From Paragordius varius (lineage: Eukaryota > Animalia > Nematomorpha), in NCBI GenBank assembly GCA_964247055.1, contig OZ176050.1:10230001-10294000 (forward strand): a stretch of DNA of 64,000 nucleotides, read 5' to 3'. Below the pieces are notes generated by a model, which saw nothing but the letters and a program-made list of their open reading frames with translations, was not told the DNA's origin and did not search any database. Shown here in pieces: positions 49,901 to 62,113 of the stretch. The position numbers and the translations under genes are program-made. The number at the start of each line of letters is the position of its first letter. Position 1 is the stretch's first letter.

Positions 49901-52637
49901 ATACACAAAAATATCTTATACGGAATGTTTTGCATGTTTTATTCATATTTTCTCTAATCTTAGTTTTTTATAAAATGATATACTTTGGTACAAAAACCGG
50001 TTTAAGTCTTTGATGGACATTGAATTCATCATCATCATCCTCGTCGTCTTCTTGTGATTCCTCTGTCTCCTCAGAGTCTTCAGAACCCTTTTCCTTAGCT
50101 GTGCTTAGGTCCTCGTGACGTTTTTCTTCGGGTATAGCTTTGAAACGATTATTGTCTGCAAATAGGTAAAAATAAATAATATTATAAAGAGTGATGGTGT
50201 AGTAGGTAGGGCGTTGGACTCTCACACTGCGTGCCTGAGTCGGAACCCCGAAACTACGCATTTTTCCATCATCACTGTCAGTCCTGGGCAGACGAGTGTT
50301 AATGCCTTCACATGTCCGGATACAATTTAAGTCCTTACCCTTTAATAAAAAAGGAAAATAGAGACTCTAAACTGTATATAAAGAGACAAAACGTAAAGAG
50401 AACCATATTATTTTATAAACCCTGTTATTTAAATAATATTTTATCGCTTTAAGTTGAAATTAGGGAATACATATATAATGAGGTGTATTATAACCAACTC
50501 TATTATATATTCCACAATTGTAATCACAAAGGTTATATGCTTATAAATATAATCTTGTTGTTTTTGTAAAAAAAATATTTGTCGTATAGTTTTTACGATA
50601 CTTTTTAAGTTCCACTGTAAAAAAAGGGTAGGTATAATACGCCATTTTTTTAAATATATCATTTTTATAAGCAAGGCCAATATTAATCGGGTTATGATAC
50701 ATACCAACTAAATAGGCATATGACGTGATTTAAAACTTAAATTTAATGTAAAAAAGGTTGTTTATAAAAAATAAATTACGCCATCATGGCTACAATAATT
50801 AGGGTTTGGTCAAAATCAAGTATGGCCAACACACGCCCCATCGCATATAGCCCTTGTAAATATTTTTGTAGACGGCGAGAAATTTCAAATTTTACGAAAT
50901 TTAAGTAAAATTAATTTTCTCAAACAAATTTTTTGAATAAATCTTTTCGAATTTAGGCACTGAGCTAGCGAAAATCGTTATAATTTTTACAGTGTAATAT
51001 ATATAATCTATTAAAATATCTGTTAATGCCCATATGTTTTTCGAATGCGGCCCGCTACCCATTTAAGTTAACCCATATATATATATATATATATATATAC
51101 ATGCAATTATAATAGTTAATTTTTATATAGATTTGTGAAAGTTTATGAAAAGAATTATGATTGTATATAATAAATAAAAAAAATTTAATTTAAAACATAA
51201 ATATGGTAAAAATATAAAATAATTGAAAAAAAACACTAAAAAATTTAGGCAAATAAAATCTATTGGAGTATTGAAATATTAAAATATATAAAATATATAT
51301 TACTAACCTTTAATGGATGACTCTTTGAGTTGCTTAAGTTTGATTTGTTCTTCTTCTTTTGCCTTTTTTAACTTTTCCAATAATTTTTGTTTCAGGAGTA
51401 GACGTCTTCGTTCAATTTCCTTCAAATAATATGAATAATTTATACAATTTAAACGAACATAACCAATTCTAAAACAAAACTATAAAAATAAATGCTTCAA
51501 ATCTTAATAAATATTTATAACGATATCCAGCACCACACTAAATAAAAGTGAAAATCCATAAGCTCTAATAAGTTACAAAATGAATTTAAAAAATTATAAA
51601 ATTAGCATGCCCTCTGTGATGTTTCCTGATCAAACAATTAAATGACTTAATTCAACAATAAATGTTTACTGCATCATTAAAAGTGAATCCATAGAAAAAC
51701 CCCCCCAAAAAATCACAAAATTGATCAAAACCGAATCCTCACTGCACCCAAAAAATTACAATATATAAATATCCATATAAATATTGCAGCATCTAAAAAT
51801 TCATCCCCACAAAACACAAATATTAAATAGTTAAAGGTAAATTTCAAGAAAACCACTAAAAAATAAAGTATTTAAAAAACACAACACACCCCTACAAAAA
51901 ATAAATTATAATAATAATAGGCTAACTTTTTCATCCTCTTCACTATCACGATCTGATTCATTTTGATCACTTCCTTCCTCGCGGTCTGAATAATGATATC
52001 GACTTGGTCCTTCATTCTCGTCATTATGAATATAAGTATCGCTTCTCTCAGCATCAGAAGTCTCCTCGGCAGATTTTGATTCGGCCCGTTCTTGGCGATG
52101 TAAATGTCTATGTCTTTCTAATCTAAAATACAATATCAACGTATTGAATAATGTATACAAAAGATTTGTAGGTATGGTATTAAAACGTGCTTATACCAAT
52201 TTATTATTCAATATAATTTATCGGCATAATTAAATTTAATATATAAATACAAATACGTAAGATAGCAATTGATGTAATTACATAAATATAATTTCGTACC
52301 GTTCTCTAATAAGGTCTTCTTTGCTACGTTCATATCGTTCTTCTCTACTATAATGAGATTTCTCTCGGTGCTCCTTATACCTCTCTTTGTGATGTGAGGA
52401 ACGTGAGGGTTCCTGTTCAGTTTCACTTTCCGATGATGATTTAGCAAACTCTGGTCTAAAATTTCAAATTATTTATTAATTACTTTTTGCCAGAAACATA
52501 GCGTTGAACTTTTACTTTCTTCATAGATATTTCCCCTAAAATTTATATTTTATTATACCTTTTTCATTTATGTACGGAATAGCTCCGCCCGTACATTGAA
52601 TAGGGACTGGCTTATGTACCGCAGTTGTAGCTGACAT
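46998..52637 (-). CDS. MFAP1: Microfibrillar-associated protein 1 (spliceosomal B-complex factor, Spp381 homologue), complete, 519 aa
   Basis: Eleven exons: 52637-52559, 52535-52484, 52455-52300, 52122-51927, 51419-51308, 50155-49984, 49679-49571, 49140-48881, 48304-48145, 47741-47652, 47171-46998. They total 1560 nt and all phases are compatible. Motifs: [91 protein letters not shown]. Confidence 0.96.
50195..50309 (-). ncRNA. Candidate intronic structured RNA (H/ACA-like) in MFAP1 intron 5
   Basis: GC-rich island in an AT-rich intron. The host-sense strand folds by eye into hairpin 1 (CAT..CACT.GTC/GAC.AGTG..ATG), an A-rich hinge, and hairpin 2 (GGGGTT..GACTC/GAGTC.AACGCCC), followed by ACA plus 3 nt (50200-50195). 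The H box is imperfect (AAAAAT). Confidence 0.35.
50800..51075. mobile_element. Eroded hAT-type MITE, reverse orientation
   Basis: Contains gcgagaaatttcaaat and gaatgcggcccgc-tacccattt, the reverse complements of motifs in the 26001 and 20836 copies. Confidence 0.6.
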
Positions 52638-53089
52638 TGGTCAAAAGATTTTGTTCAGTCGTTGAACATCTGTTATTAACTTTATTTATTGAAGTCAAAT
52701 CAAACATGTAGAGTAAATGTTATGTTGTAAATATCAATAAAATAATATATCATAATCGTTTTATAATCAATATTATTTTATTTTAATAAAGATACCTTGA
52801 TAATTAAATTTTTTCTATAAAAATGCTAATGTTCTTTTGTTTAGGGCTTTACAAGTTAAAAAATTAACCTTGGTAATAAATCATAAAAATAGCTAATTTA
52901 GCGCATATGCCAAATTTTTTTTGATGAAATCGAAATTCTTCATCAGAAAAATAATATTAGGATACATAAAGGTGTGTTACGAACCAAAAAATTTAAATAA
53001 ATATTTTATTCTTCGGTAATAATAAAACAAATTTCGCATTGACACCTGTGTAGAAATTTAGATTTAAATAAATACATTAAAAAATTGAA

Positions 53090-53140
53090 TAAAAATTTAG
53101 GGCCATAAAAAGCACTTAAGGCCGCGGTTTGAATACCACT
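53090..53140 (-). mobile_element. Terminal fragment of the hAT element
   Basis: aagcacttaaggccgcggtttgaataccact is similar to the reverse complement of 27016-27070. Confidence 0.5.
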
Positions 53141-53684
53141 TCGATTTAAATTGGGGTCCAAATACCTCTGGCAATATTTAATTTGATATTTTAAAAAAAC
53201 TACTTAAAGAGACGGTCTTATTTTAAATTTATGTTTCTATCCTCAAATAAATTTTTAAATAACCCGAAATATCTCAATAAAATTTAGTTGAATAAAAGTT
53301 TTATATAAACTCCCTAGGCGCCATTTTTATTTTGCAACGTTTTTGCAAAATATTGTGTAATTTTAAGGTTAAAATAGAAGCTGATTTTTAAATCACATCA
53401 AACATTGATAGAAACAGAAAAATGGTTTATTTTGTATTATTTTTATATTTACCTAACGCACACAGGTCACTTGATTAAATTTTACTTTGGATTTTACCTT
53501 AAAATATCCAATATAAATGATTATTTAACAACTTTTTTTATATATTGGTTCATTAATGTTATATAAGTGCAAACATTTGGCATGGTTTCAAATTCTTACA
53601 TATTTTTTGGAGTATTTTTTTAAAACAGGCGTGCCAACTAACCCAATTTGAATCGAAGGACTGAATTTCTGTTGTATCCAAACG
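53137..53684 (-). mobile_element. piggyBac-type MITE, diverged full-length copy
   Basis: cacttcgatttaaattgggg... to ...caatttgaatcgaaggactg...gttgtatccaaacg|TTAA. Confidence 0.8.
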
Positions 53685-55831
53685 TTAAAATGCGCTGATT
53701 TTCTCAAAATAAACGCAAATTTATTGACCTTAAGCAATAGGTTTTTTTATGTGTGGTAGATAATGACACTATCAAATATATTTAAAAAATACTTTATAAT
53801 TTATTTTCAGATTTCGTTACAGCGTAGTTTATGTCCTGAAGCATGGTGTGGTGAAAATACTTAAGGACATTCTAAAATCAACTGTATATAATTCCCGTTA
53901 ACCCATGTTTTTGATTAATTTTTTTCGGCTTCAAATTTAAGATTTTTTGCAAGAAGAGATATTTAAAATTTTAATTAGGTAATATAAATGTTTATTGCCG
54001 AAGCGTATAGAAATTGTAAAATATTTTTGAGTGTTTTTCATAGTATTGTCCATGCTCCCATATACGTTAAAATATGTTTCATTAAAATTTTGCTAAAAAT
54101 CAAATTTTTGAGCAAATTCTTTTCTTCAAAATTTTTGTATCGCGAGACTAAGCATTTTTGGGTTTATATTATGAGAACTAGGTCATAGAGCGTTATTTGA
54201 GACTTTGGGACATGTCTAATTTATTAGGATTCAAATATTGTTTAACTTTTTAACATAATTTTTTTTGCAGACGACTACATTTCTGGGTAGATTTTTAGCT
54301 CAGGGCTAAAACTTGTGAAATACTGTTTTAAAATATCAAACATCTAGAAATACAAGTTGGGATAGCCCCAAAACACGATTGAAATCAATAGCTGATATTA
54401 AAATCAATGAATATCACGAATTTTGTTGAAATGTAATTTGGCTTTATTAAGTCAATTTTTTTCATTTTTTACTATAATATTCGTTTATTTGCCTGTTATA
54501 CTAGCTAAAGTTAAAGTTTGGTTATAAAATGACCCCAAACGGTATAAAATCTTGATTATTATTTATGATATATATATATATATATATATATAGCATTATT
54601 TATTAAAATATTTTCTAGCAAACATGTATAAAGTTTGAGAAGCAGTTAAGTCACTCCAAAGCCAAAAGTACCCTAAGAATCGTATGCATTTATCTATCAA
54701 AATATATATTTCAGAATTTTTAATAACTTGGATTTTCTGCCTTGCTATTTAATATAAATAAGCTACACCTAAATTCAAAACGCCTTAATTGAAAAAAAAC
54801 AATGAAACCAACATCGGCAACAAAAATTAAACTGTCATTTGAATAACCGCTTTTTAAATTTATTCGTAACACAACAAGAGATAAATTTGATCAATGATTT
54901 TGTTGTCTCCTTCATATATAATTTTATCTGCCATGAAAATATATAATTTTATTAAATATCTTCTGGTCAAGTCTTAATACATCAGATAGTTTGGAGGTTT
55001 TTATTCCAAATTCGTGATGAATCTCCCATCATATAAATTATTCATATCAATATAATATAGTTTATTTATATCTATATTTTTAAAATATCTTTTACATATG
55101 CAAAACATATGCTATACGCATGGAGTGTTGACAGTCATTCATATATTTTTTTAAATTTTTAAATTATGCTTACTATTTTGCTATTTATTTTTTTATTACA
55201 CCCAATCCATGGATTCATCAATTTATATATGGACACTAATGAAACATTCAAACAAATAGGTTTTTTAACTATTTCTTTTCTACTTGGTATCAGATAGTTT
55301 TTAATATAATATTTTGTTTTATTACCATTTAATCGCATGTAAAATTGGATAGCATATTTTAATTTATAATATTGTTAAAACAATTCATTAATAAGCTTAA
55401 TGGCAAATTAACAGGTCGCAATCATAGTATCCTGCTGTGTTTTCATACCTCCCCTACACTAAGATATTTTTGGTCATTTTATAAAGATATTAGTGTTTTT
55501 ATCATTTTTGCTCCCAAAGAAACATGTAAAAATATTTGAGAAGAATTGCATTAATTTTATAGATAAATTTTACTAAGCGTCTGTCTGATCTTTAAGGATT
55601 ATTTTTAATATATCAGGGCCTAATGATAAATTACAAAAATTAAAGCCAACATTAAATGAAATATTTTTTATTGATTTATGCATAAATTTGGGATGCTTTT
55701 ATAGTACATTATGTATTTATAATTATTTTAAATATATATTGCAAAATGCAACAAATACCATTAAGTCTGCTACCAGAATAATTTTCTCTTTCTGGCCATT
55801 TAGATACCGATAAATATTATCCTTTCCATAG

Positions 55832-55863
<32 letters not shown>

Positions 55864-56838
55864 TGATTTTTATAATTTTTGTTTCTATAACTTATGTAAT
55901 CAAGAAATAAATATATTTTAGAGCTCTGCAAATATAATATTTTTTTTCTATATGCCAGTAGCCATTTAGTCTTTTGGCAGTTCCCTTGATGACCATATAA
56001 GACTGTAAAAAAAGTTATGATTTTTAAAGAGAACCAATCACAAATTGGATTAGTTTTTATCCCAAAGATCTTTTTCCGTTCACGAACAGGAAAAAGTCTT
56101 TTTGGATTCTTAATTTAGATATATAAATTTCTTTATTTTTTGCCAAAATTTCGAAATTACTATATATAAACATTTTGTTATCTGTATATGGAATTATTTT
56201 ATGCTTGACTGATTAAATATTATTTTATTTTTTTATTTGCATATTTATTGTAAGAAATATGTATACTAAATCGTTGGATTCAGAGCTAATAAAAAGCTGC
56301 ATTAAACCATGTAAATGAAAATTCGATACATATTTAACGATAAAATTTTTCTTCAATGCATGTGGTTTTATATCTTATATTTTTATTTACTTATTTTTGT
56401 AGTTAGGTTAGGACCTCCCCGTTAATCCAATAAAATATTTGGCTATAAATTATCAAAAAATAAGGAAGGAGCTAATCCTTACTTATATTGCATATATTAA
56501 TTAATACTTTTTTTTCGTAGTTCAATATCAGAGAGAATTATTGTTTTGTGGGTGATATTTTCCATATGGTAAATTCTACTATAAGTTGAAATATTTATAA
56601 ATGATTTAGTGGTTTTGATGGGTACAAAAAGCATACAGGAGGAAAACATTTTGTGAAAATTTAAATTACTTTTACTCAATATACCTTTTAAAGGCCAATG
56701 GTTTGTACTTTATATGAAAGGAGGAGATGTTGGTAATGGGTCTTAATAAAAGTACAAAGTGGGTTTACTTACAAAAATTATTACAGTGTAAATTTATTCC
56801 ATTTTTTCCTTTAGGTATTGTATGCTGGTCAACAAAAT

Positions 56839-56938
56839 CTGTGTATATAGTATAAAAAAAGGTTAGTCCAAAAATGTAAAATTATAGGGGAAAATGTTTA
56901 ATTTCAACCATTTGTTGTTTTTTTACCATACACAACTG
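56839..56938. mobile_element. Eroded CAGTAGCGTA-family MITE
   Basis: About 60 nt nearly identical to 12700-12759; ends ...actg|TA. Confidence 0.55.
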
Positions 56939-58243
56939 TATATAACACATAGATGTCTTCTGAATATTTGCAATTCACCAATTTTGATTTTTTAGATTGA
57001 TTAAATTCCTAAGAGATTTCACGATTTTGGTTCTGTTAATTCTATTTTCCATTTCGTTATCATTTTTTTGTTTGCCCAAAAACATATAATTGTTTTGCTA
57101 ACAGTAAAAAAATGTTGTATCTTATAATAAATTATCTAGATAGGAGAATTATGAACTCAACTTTATTATTTATAAAATTGGAACATTTTTATAAAACAAT
57201 ATAATAATTATTATTGTCACATCAATTATCAGATCAATTTTGTTGAAATTTATGTAAAATTTTATTTTAGGTGATTTTTGTTTTACTTGTTGCGATAACC
57301 ATCTTTTGTTAATGACAACACAAAACAAACGACTTTTAAACCACCCTTCCTTTCATGAAGTTTAAACAATCTCAACTATTTTATCTTATTGTTATTATTT
57401 AAATGATAAAGCAATCATTTTTAGGCTAATTCAAGGAGATTAAGAAAACCTGTTCACATATAAATTTACTTATAAAGATATTTATCTTATGGATCTCTTA
57501 GGTACAATTTATTATTTGTCTCCAATCAAAAATTTTACTACTGCTGCTACAACAAAACTAATCTCTTTCTCCTTTGTAATATGATAAATTATAATTAAAG
57601 TTATCCCATTGATAGTAGTTACAAAAATAATAAATTATATTTAACTTTTAATATCCGATCATATAATTACTTTTGCCTTAAACAGAACAACAATCCTTTG
57701 TTTATAGAGAGCCAATAATTGGACGAAATAGGCCAGATAAAAACTATTATAAAGTTTTTCTTTTACTTTTCTGTTTTGTAAAATTCTGCTGGTCTTCTAT
57801 ACAATGAAATTACAACAATCAAAGCCTAAGTGACCACCGTTATTATAACTAAAAATAAATTTATTCTTGACAACTCTAATCAGGATTCCTGATCTTAGAT
57901 ATTTTTTGTTGCAGGAAATGACTATGTTTACCTTTGTTAATAAGCCAATATAGAAAGCGAGCGGCAAATTAATAGTTTTTTTGGATGCCTTTTTTGTGCG
58001 TTAGTTTTGTCAAATGTAGTATGCAAAAACATTATCTGATCAATGGTTTAGTTACACAAATATAAGGTATAATATGAAAGAAAGTTTTTTGTACTTTTAC
58101 TTAAAAGTTTCGCTATAATCTATCAAAAAATTGAACTCTAACTTACTAAACATTTTGGAGTTTTGTTTTCTATTCTTTTTTAAACTTTGGGAAATAATAT
58201 TAATTTTTTCGAAGTACAATACAAATGTAAAAATTAAATAAAA

Positions 58244-58411
58244 CTGTGGCGTATGGTATAAAACATTATTAGTCCATAAAAGATAAAAAAAATGGTTTTT
58301 TAAAAACAAACAAGCCTAGTTGTATATACACATATCCATAATATCCCCTTGTTTTATTGAAAAACATTTTTTATTTTTTTATGGACTAATGTTTTGTGTC
58401 ATACGCTACTC
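58244..58411. mobile_element. CAGTAGCGTA-family MITE
   Basis: gcgtatggtataaaacattattagtccataa and ttatggactaatgttttgtgtcatacgctact form inverted ends; interior resembles the 11527 copy. Confidence 0.7.
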
Positions 58412-59883
58412 TATATATTTTTAACAAAATTTTAAATGAAAATTGCATTAACCATATCTATCTATAAGTACTTGATTAAATCTGATAACTTGAAACATTT
58501 ATTTTACATGTAATTTAATGATTTCTTAACATATTTATTTTTAATATAATTGTGTTTACCTTGTTAATGACTATTTTTTTGTTAGACATATTCGTTATTT
58601 TTAATCAGCATTAATGATTAATTGGTTACATTTGATTTGAAAAAAAATTAATTTTACCTATTACTTTAGTAGATATTAGTTAAACCACTTAAAAATTGTT
58701 AATTTACAACAATGCTAAAATACATCTATTGTCTATAAATAATAGTTTAGGCTATTTTATTTTAAATGTTTTTTTAAGTGCTTTCTTTCAAGGTTAAAGA
58801 CAAAATAGTAATATATAATTGAAAATGTTTTATAAAAATGTAAATGTTAGTTTTATATTTCAAAATTTGAAATGTAAAAATCAAATGTAATAATTTAATC
58901 TATCAAAATAAGGGTATTGATTATAACTCTGTAGTATTTGTCCCAGATATTTTAATTTCCTATTAATATTATAATGAAGTTTTAAGTGCCACAATTAAAT
59001 ATATTCATAAGTTATTGTTTATAAAGGAAATTACAAAAAAGTTTATATATAATATATATTTATTTGATTAAAGCGGGATTAATTTTTAATTATATCATAA
59101 ATAACTTACTTAAATCTAATTATAAATAATGCTAACAGTTATAACTGTTAAATATGCTAATTAGATTTTGATTTATATTCTAATAATAAATGTCTTCAAG
59201 TTACTTTAACAGTATAAATATATATACAGTAGATATTGGATTATTTATACAGAAAAATAATTGCTAAATTTCCTAAAGCACTGATTTTAAGTGTTAAAAG
59301 AAAATGAAAACCAAAGCCAAGATAAAAAGTGTCAGATTTTAAAATTATTTTAATTTTTGTATCATATAGTGTTTAACATGTAAAAGTTTTATACAGCTTA
59401 TCTTATCAACCATCACAGATAAATAAATGATAACCTAAAAAAAATATTTTTCATATAAAATATACAACCATTTTTAGCAACCTTAATTTCGATTTATTAT
59501 TATTTTCAGGAAAAATTAAATTTTGATTTTTATTTTACTGAGGCGTAAATTAAATGAAATATATGTTCAAAAATTAAAATATTTTTAAAACTACCCTCTG
59601 TATGTAGTAATTCAATATTGTGAGAAATAAATTTTATTTATAAATCCTTTCTTACAATATCATTATTTTAATGGATTAAATTGTTAAAATTTAATACGTT
59701 AATTTTTAAAGGAAATAAGTACTAAGTATGTAATGGATGGCTATTTGATACTTAATAAATATAATTTTGTAAAATTTATGTGATAGTTTCAATTTTACAA
59801 TGAATGCATCTGCTATAACTCAAAAATAAAATACCAAAAATATTTAATTGCAAATTTTATTTTTAAAAAAATAATATATATAT

Positions 59884-59925
<42 letters not shown>

Positions 59926-61194
59926 GGATGAAAATAATTATTATTTAAATTTATCAGGTGCATCACGATTTCATTTTAAAATTTAACCGAAATTAAGCTT
60001 CATCGTCTGATTATTTTATAAAATTTGAGTTTTATACTTTTTTTGTAGAGTATATCGAAAGAAATGTTAATATATTTTTTCTTTAATTTTGGTATAATCG
60101 ACATATCAATGACCCTAAATTGACATTTTATCGTTTTCCTGCATATAATTAATAAATTAATAACAGATTTGTATAATAAATGAATGAAATTTGATATTTT
60201 TTTAATACAGAAATTACATGATAATACTAGTATGTTTCTATACAAATATAGAAATAACTTGATATTTCCGAAAAAAATATTAAATCCATAAAATATTTGT
60301 TAAATTTGATCCCTTTTTTCGTTTATTAAAAACATTTGTCATTTTAAAAATAAAAAAGTTTTGTAAATTGTATTTAACTGTTATTAGTGACTAACACTGG
60401 TCCACTCTAGTCTTGCTTAACATTTTTGCATATTTAACAATTTTTTAATATCAGTTTTGGATTGATGCCTATATTAAACCATTTTTTTCCATTATTTTGT
60501 TAAATTTTAATTTCTCTGTTAACACTTGCAATTATCATTATGTGTGCAGCATGTAGGGACTAACTTAAAATACCATACAATTTATCGATTTTCCCCTTTT
60601 GAAGTATACCATATATGGACAAGTGGGAGCATATAAGGCGTCTATATTTTTGTTGTTTTTTAACACCAGAAGAGTGTTGAAAATGAAACTCTTTGCGGGT
60701 AGAAAATTTATACTCTTTGTACATTATATTGCATCTTTCATTTTTTCTAATTTTTTCTTGATAATTCCCTGGTGGAATTAGTAAGTTATTATTGTTTAAG
60801 GGCTTGCAAGGAAAAAGTAAATGTCAATGTACCTAAGAAGGTAAGAATATTTATGTAGATAACAATAACTGGCTTGCGTCATCATTTCAGTTTTGATTAG
60901 TCAAAATTTATTTTACACCTATAAAAAAACCAAAAACCACCTCTCCGTAATTACAGAAACAAACAATTTCACAATCTATTATTTTATTAGACTAAAAAAA
61001 GTAAAAGCATGGGATAAAATCTGTTTAATATTCATGGCATGGTTTATACAAACACCGTTTGGCATACTAAGTAGTAAGAGAAGTGCGGTGTTTCTCTTAA
61101 AAAGCGCTAAAAAATTCGCCAAAATTGGATTTTTTTAAATACCAACACCTAAATTTTTCATCAAGAAACCTGTTGAATTAAGTACATAATAATA

Positions 61195-61308
61195 CAGTAA
61201 CGTAAGGCATGATAAAAAGTTTGTCCATAATTTATATACACAAAATCAATGTTATATAAGAAAAATGTTTAATTATAACCATTGAATGTTTGTTACCAAA
61301 CGTTACTG
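61195..61308. mobile_element. CAGTA(A/G)CGTA-family MITE
   Basis: TA|cagtaacgtaagg... and ...ccaaacgttactg|TA. Confidence 0.6.
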
Positions 61309-62113
61309 TAATAACTTTTGATTAGACAATATAATTGGTTATTATTATTTTTACTGTTGTGGTTTTTGCTTATTCTTGTAATTATAAATCCAATATATGT
61401 ACATACATACAGGTTTAACGAGGAAAAGGGCATTGTTCTCTAATCAACCAAATATTTTGTGAACCTTTCTTTTTTATAATTACATTTTTACATTTTTTAA
61501 TCCATAGATTTAAGATGCTAAAAAATGGATTTATTAATATATGTATGACACTGACTATATTGTATATGCAAACGACCACAAGATAGATATAGCTATATGT
61601 ACATAAAAAATGAATTTGTCATACATACATTATATTTTTTTGGTTGAATTTATAAATTTCATAATTTTGTTAGGATTAAATGATGACACTGAGATGCAAT
61701 GTTGTCTATTTTCAGCAAATGTCAAATAATTTATTTGTCCAACAATTTATCTTTATTGATTTATAATATACAAGTTATATCTGATTTTTCTTTTCTGCAA
61801 TTAGTATAAAGGATAAAATAGCGTCATATAAGGATAGTTTTCGTAAAAATCTGTTAAAGTATTTTAGTTTGAAAGTTTTACTGACCAATTTCCCAATAAA
61901 TATTTATTGAAAATAAATTAATTAAATTAATTTTGCACCATATGATCTGAGCTAAAACAGGGTATAATGGGAAAATCGATTATTATATTAATACGATTAA
62001 TATTTTTCCTTTTATCACTGAAATTAAACACCAATATTGCTCTTTTGTTTTCAAATATATATATATCATTTATTAATTTCCTATAAAAAATATATTAATC
62101 TCAATTTATTTAG

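Noticed and set aside
50188-50260. Functional tRNA-Glu(CTC) gene
   Set aside because: Acceptor, anticodon and T stems do not base-pair and the T loop lacks TTC; kept only as a possible SINE or ncRNA relic.
50156-50339. Open frame upstream of MFAP1 exon 6 as an alternative coding extension
   Set aside because: The acceptor at 50340 is phase 0 in that frame while the preceding exon ends in phase 1; the join gives an immediate TAA.
56400-56412. TTAGG telomere-like repeat
   Set aside because: Only two units.
57500-57920. Possible decayed LINE endonuclease or RT remnant
   Set aside because: Slightly GC-richer, but no convincing motif in any frame by eye.
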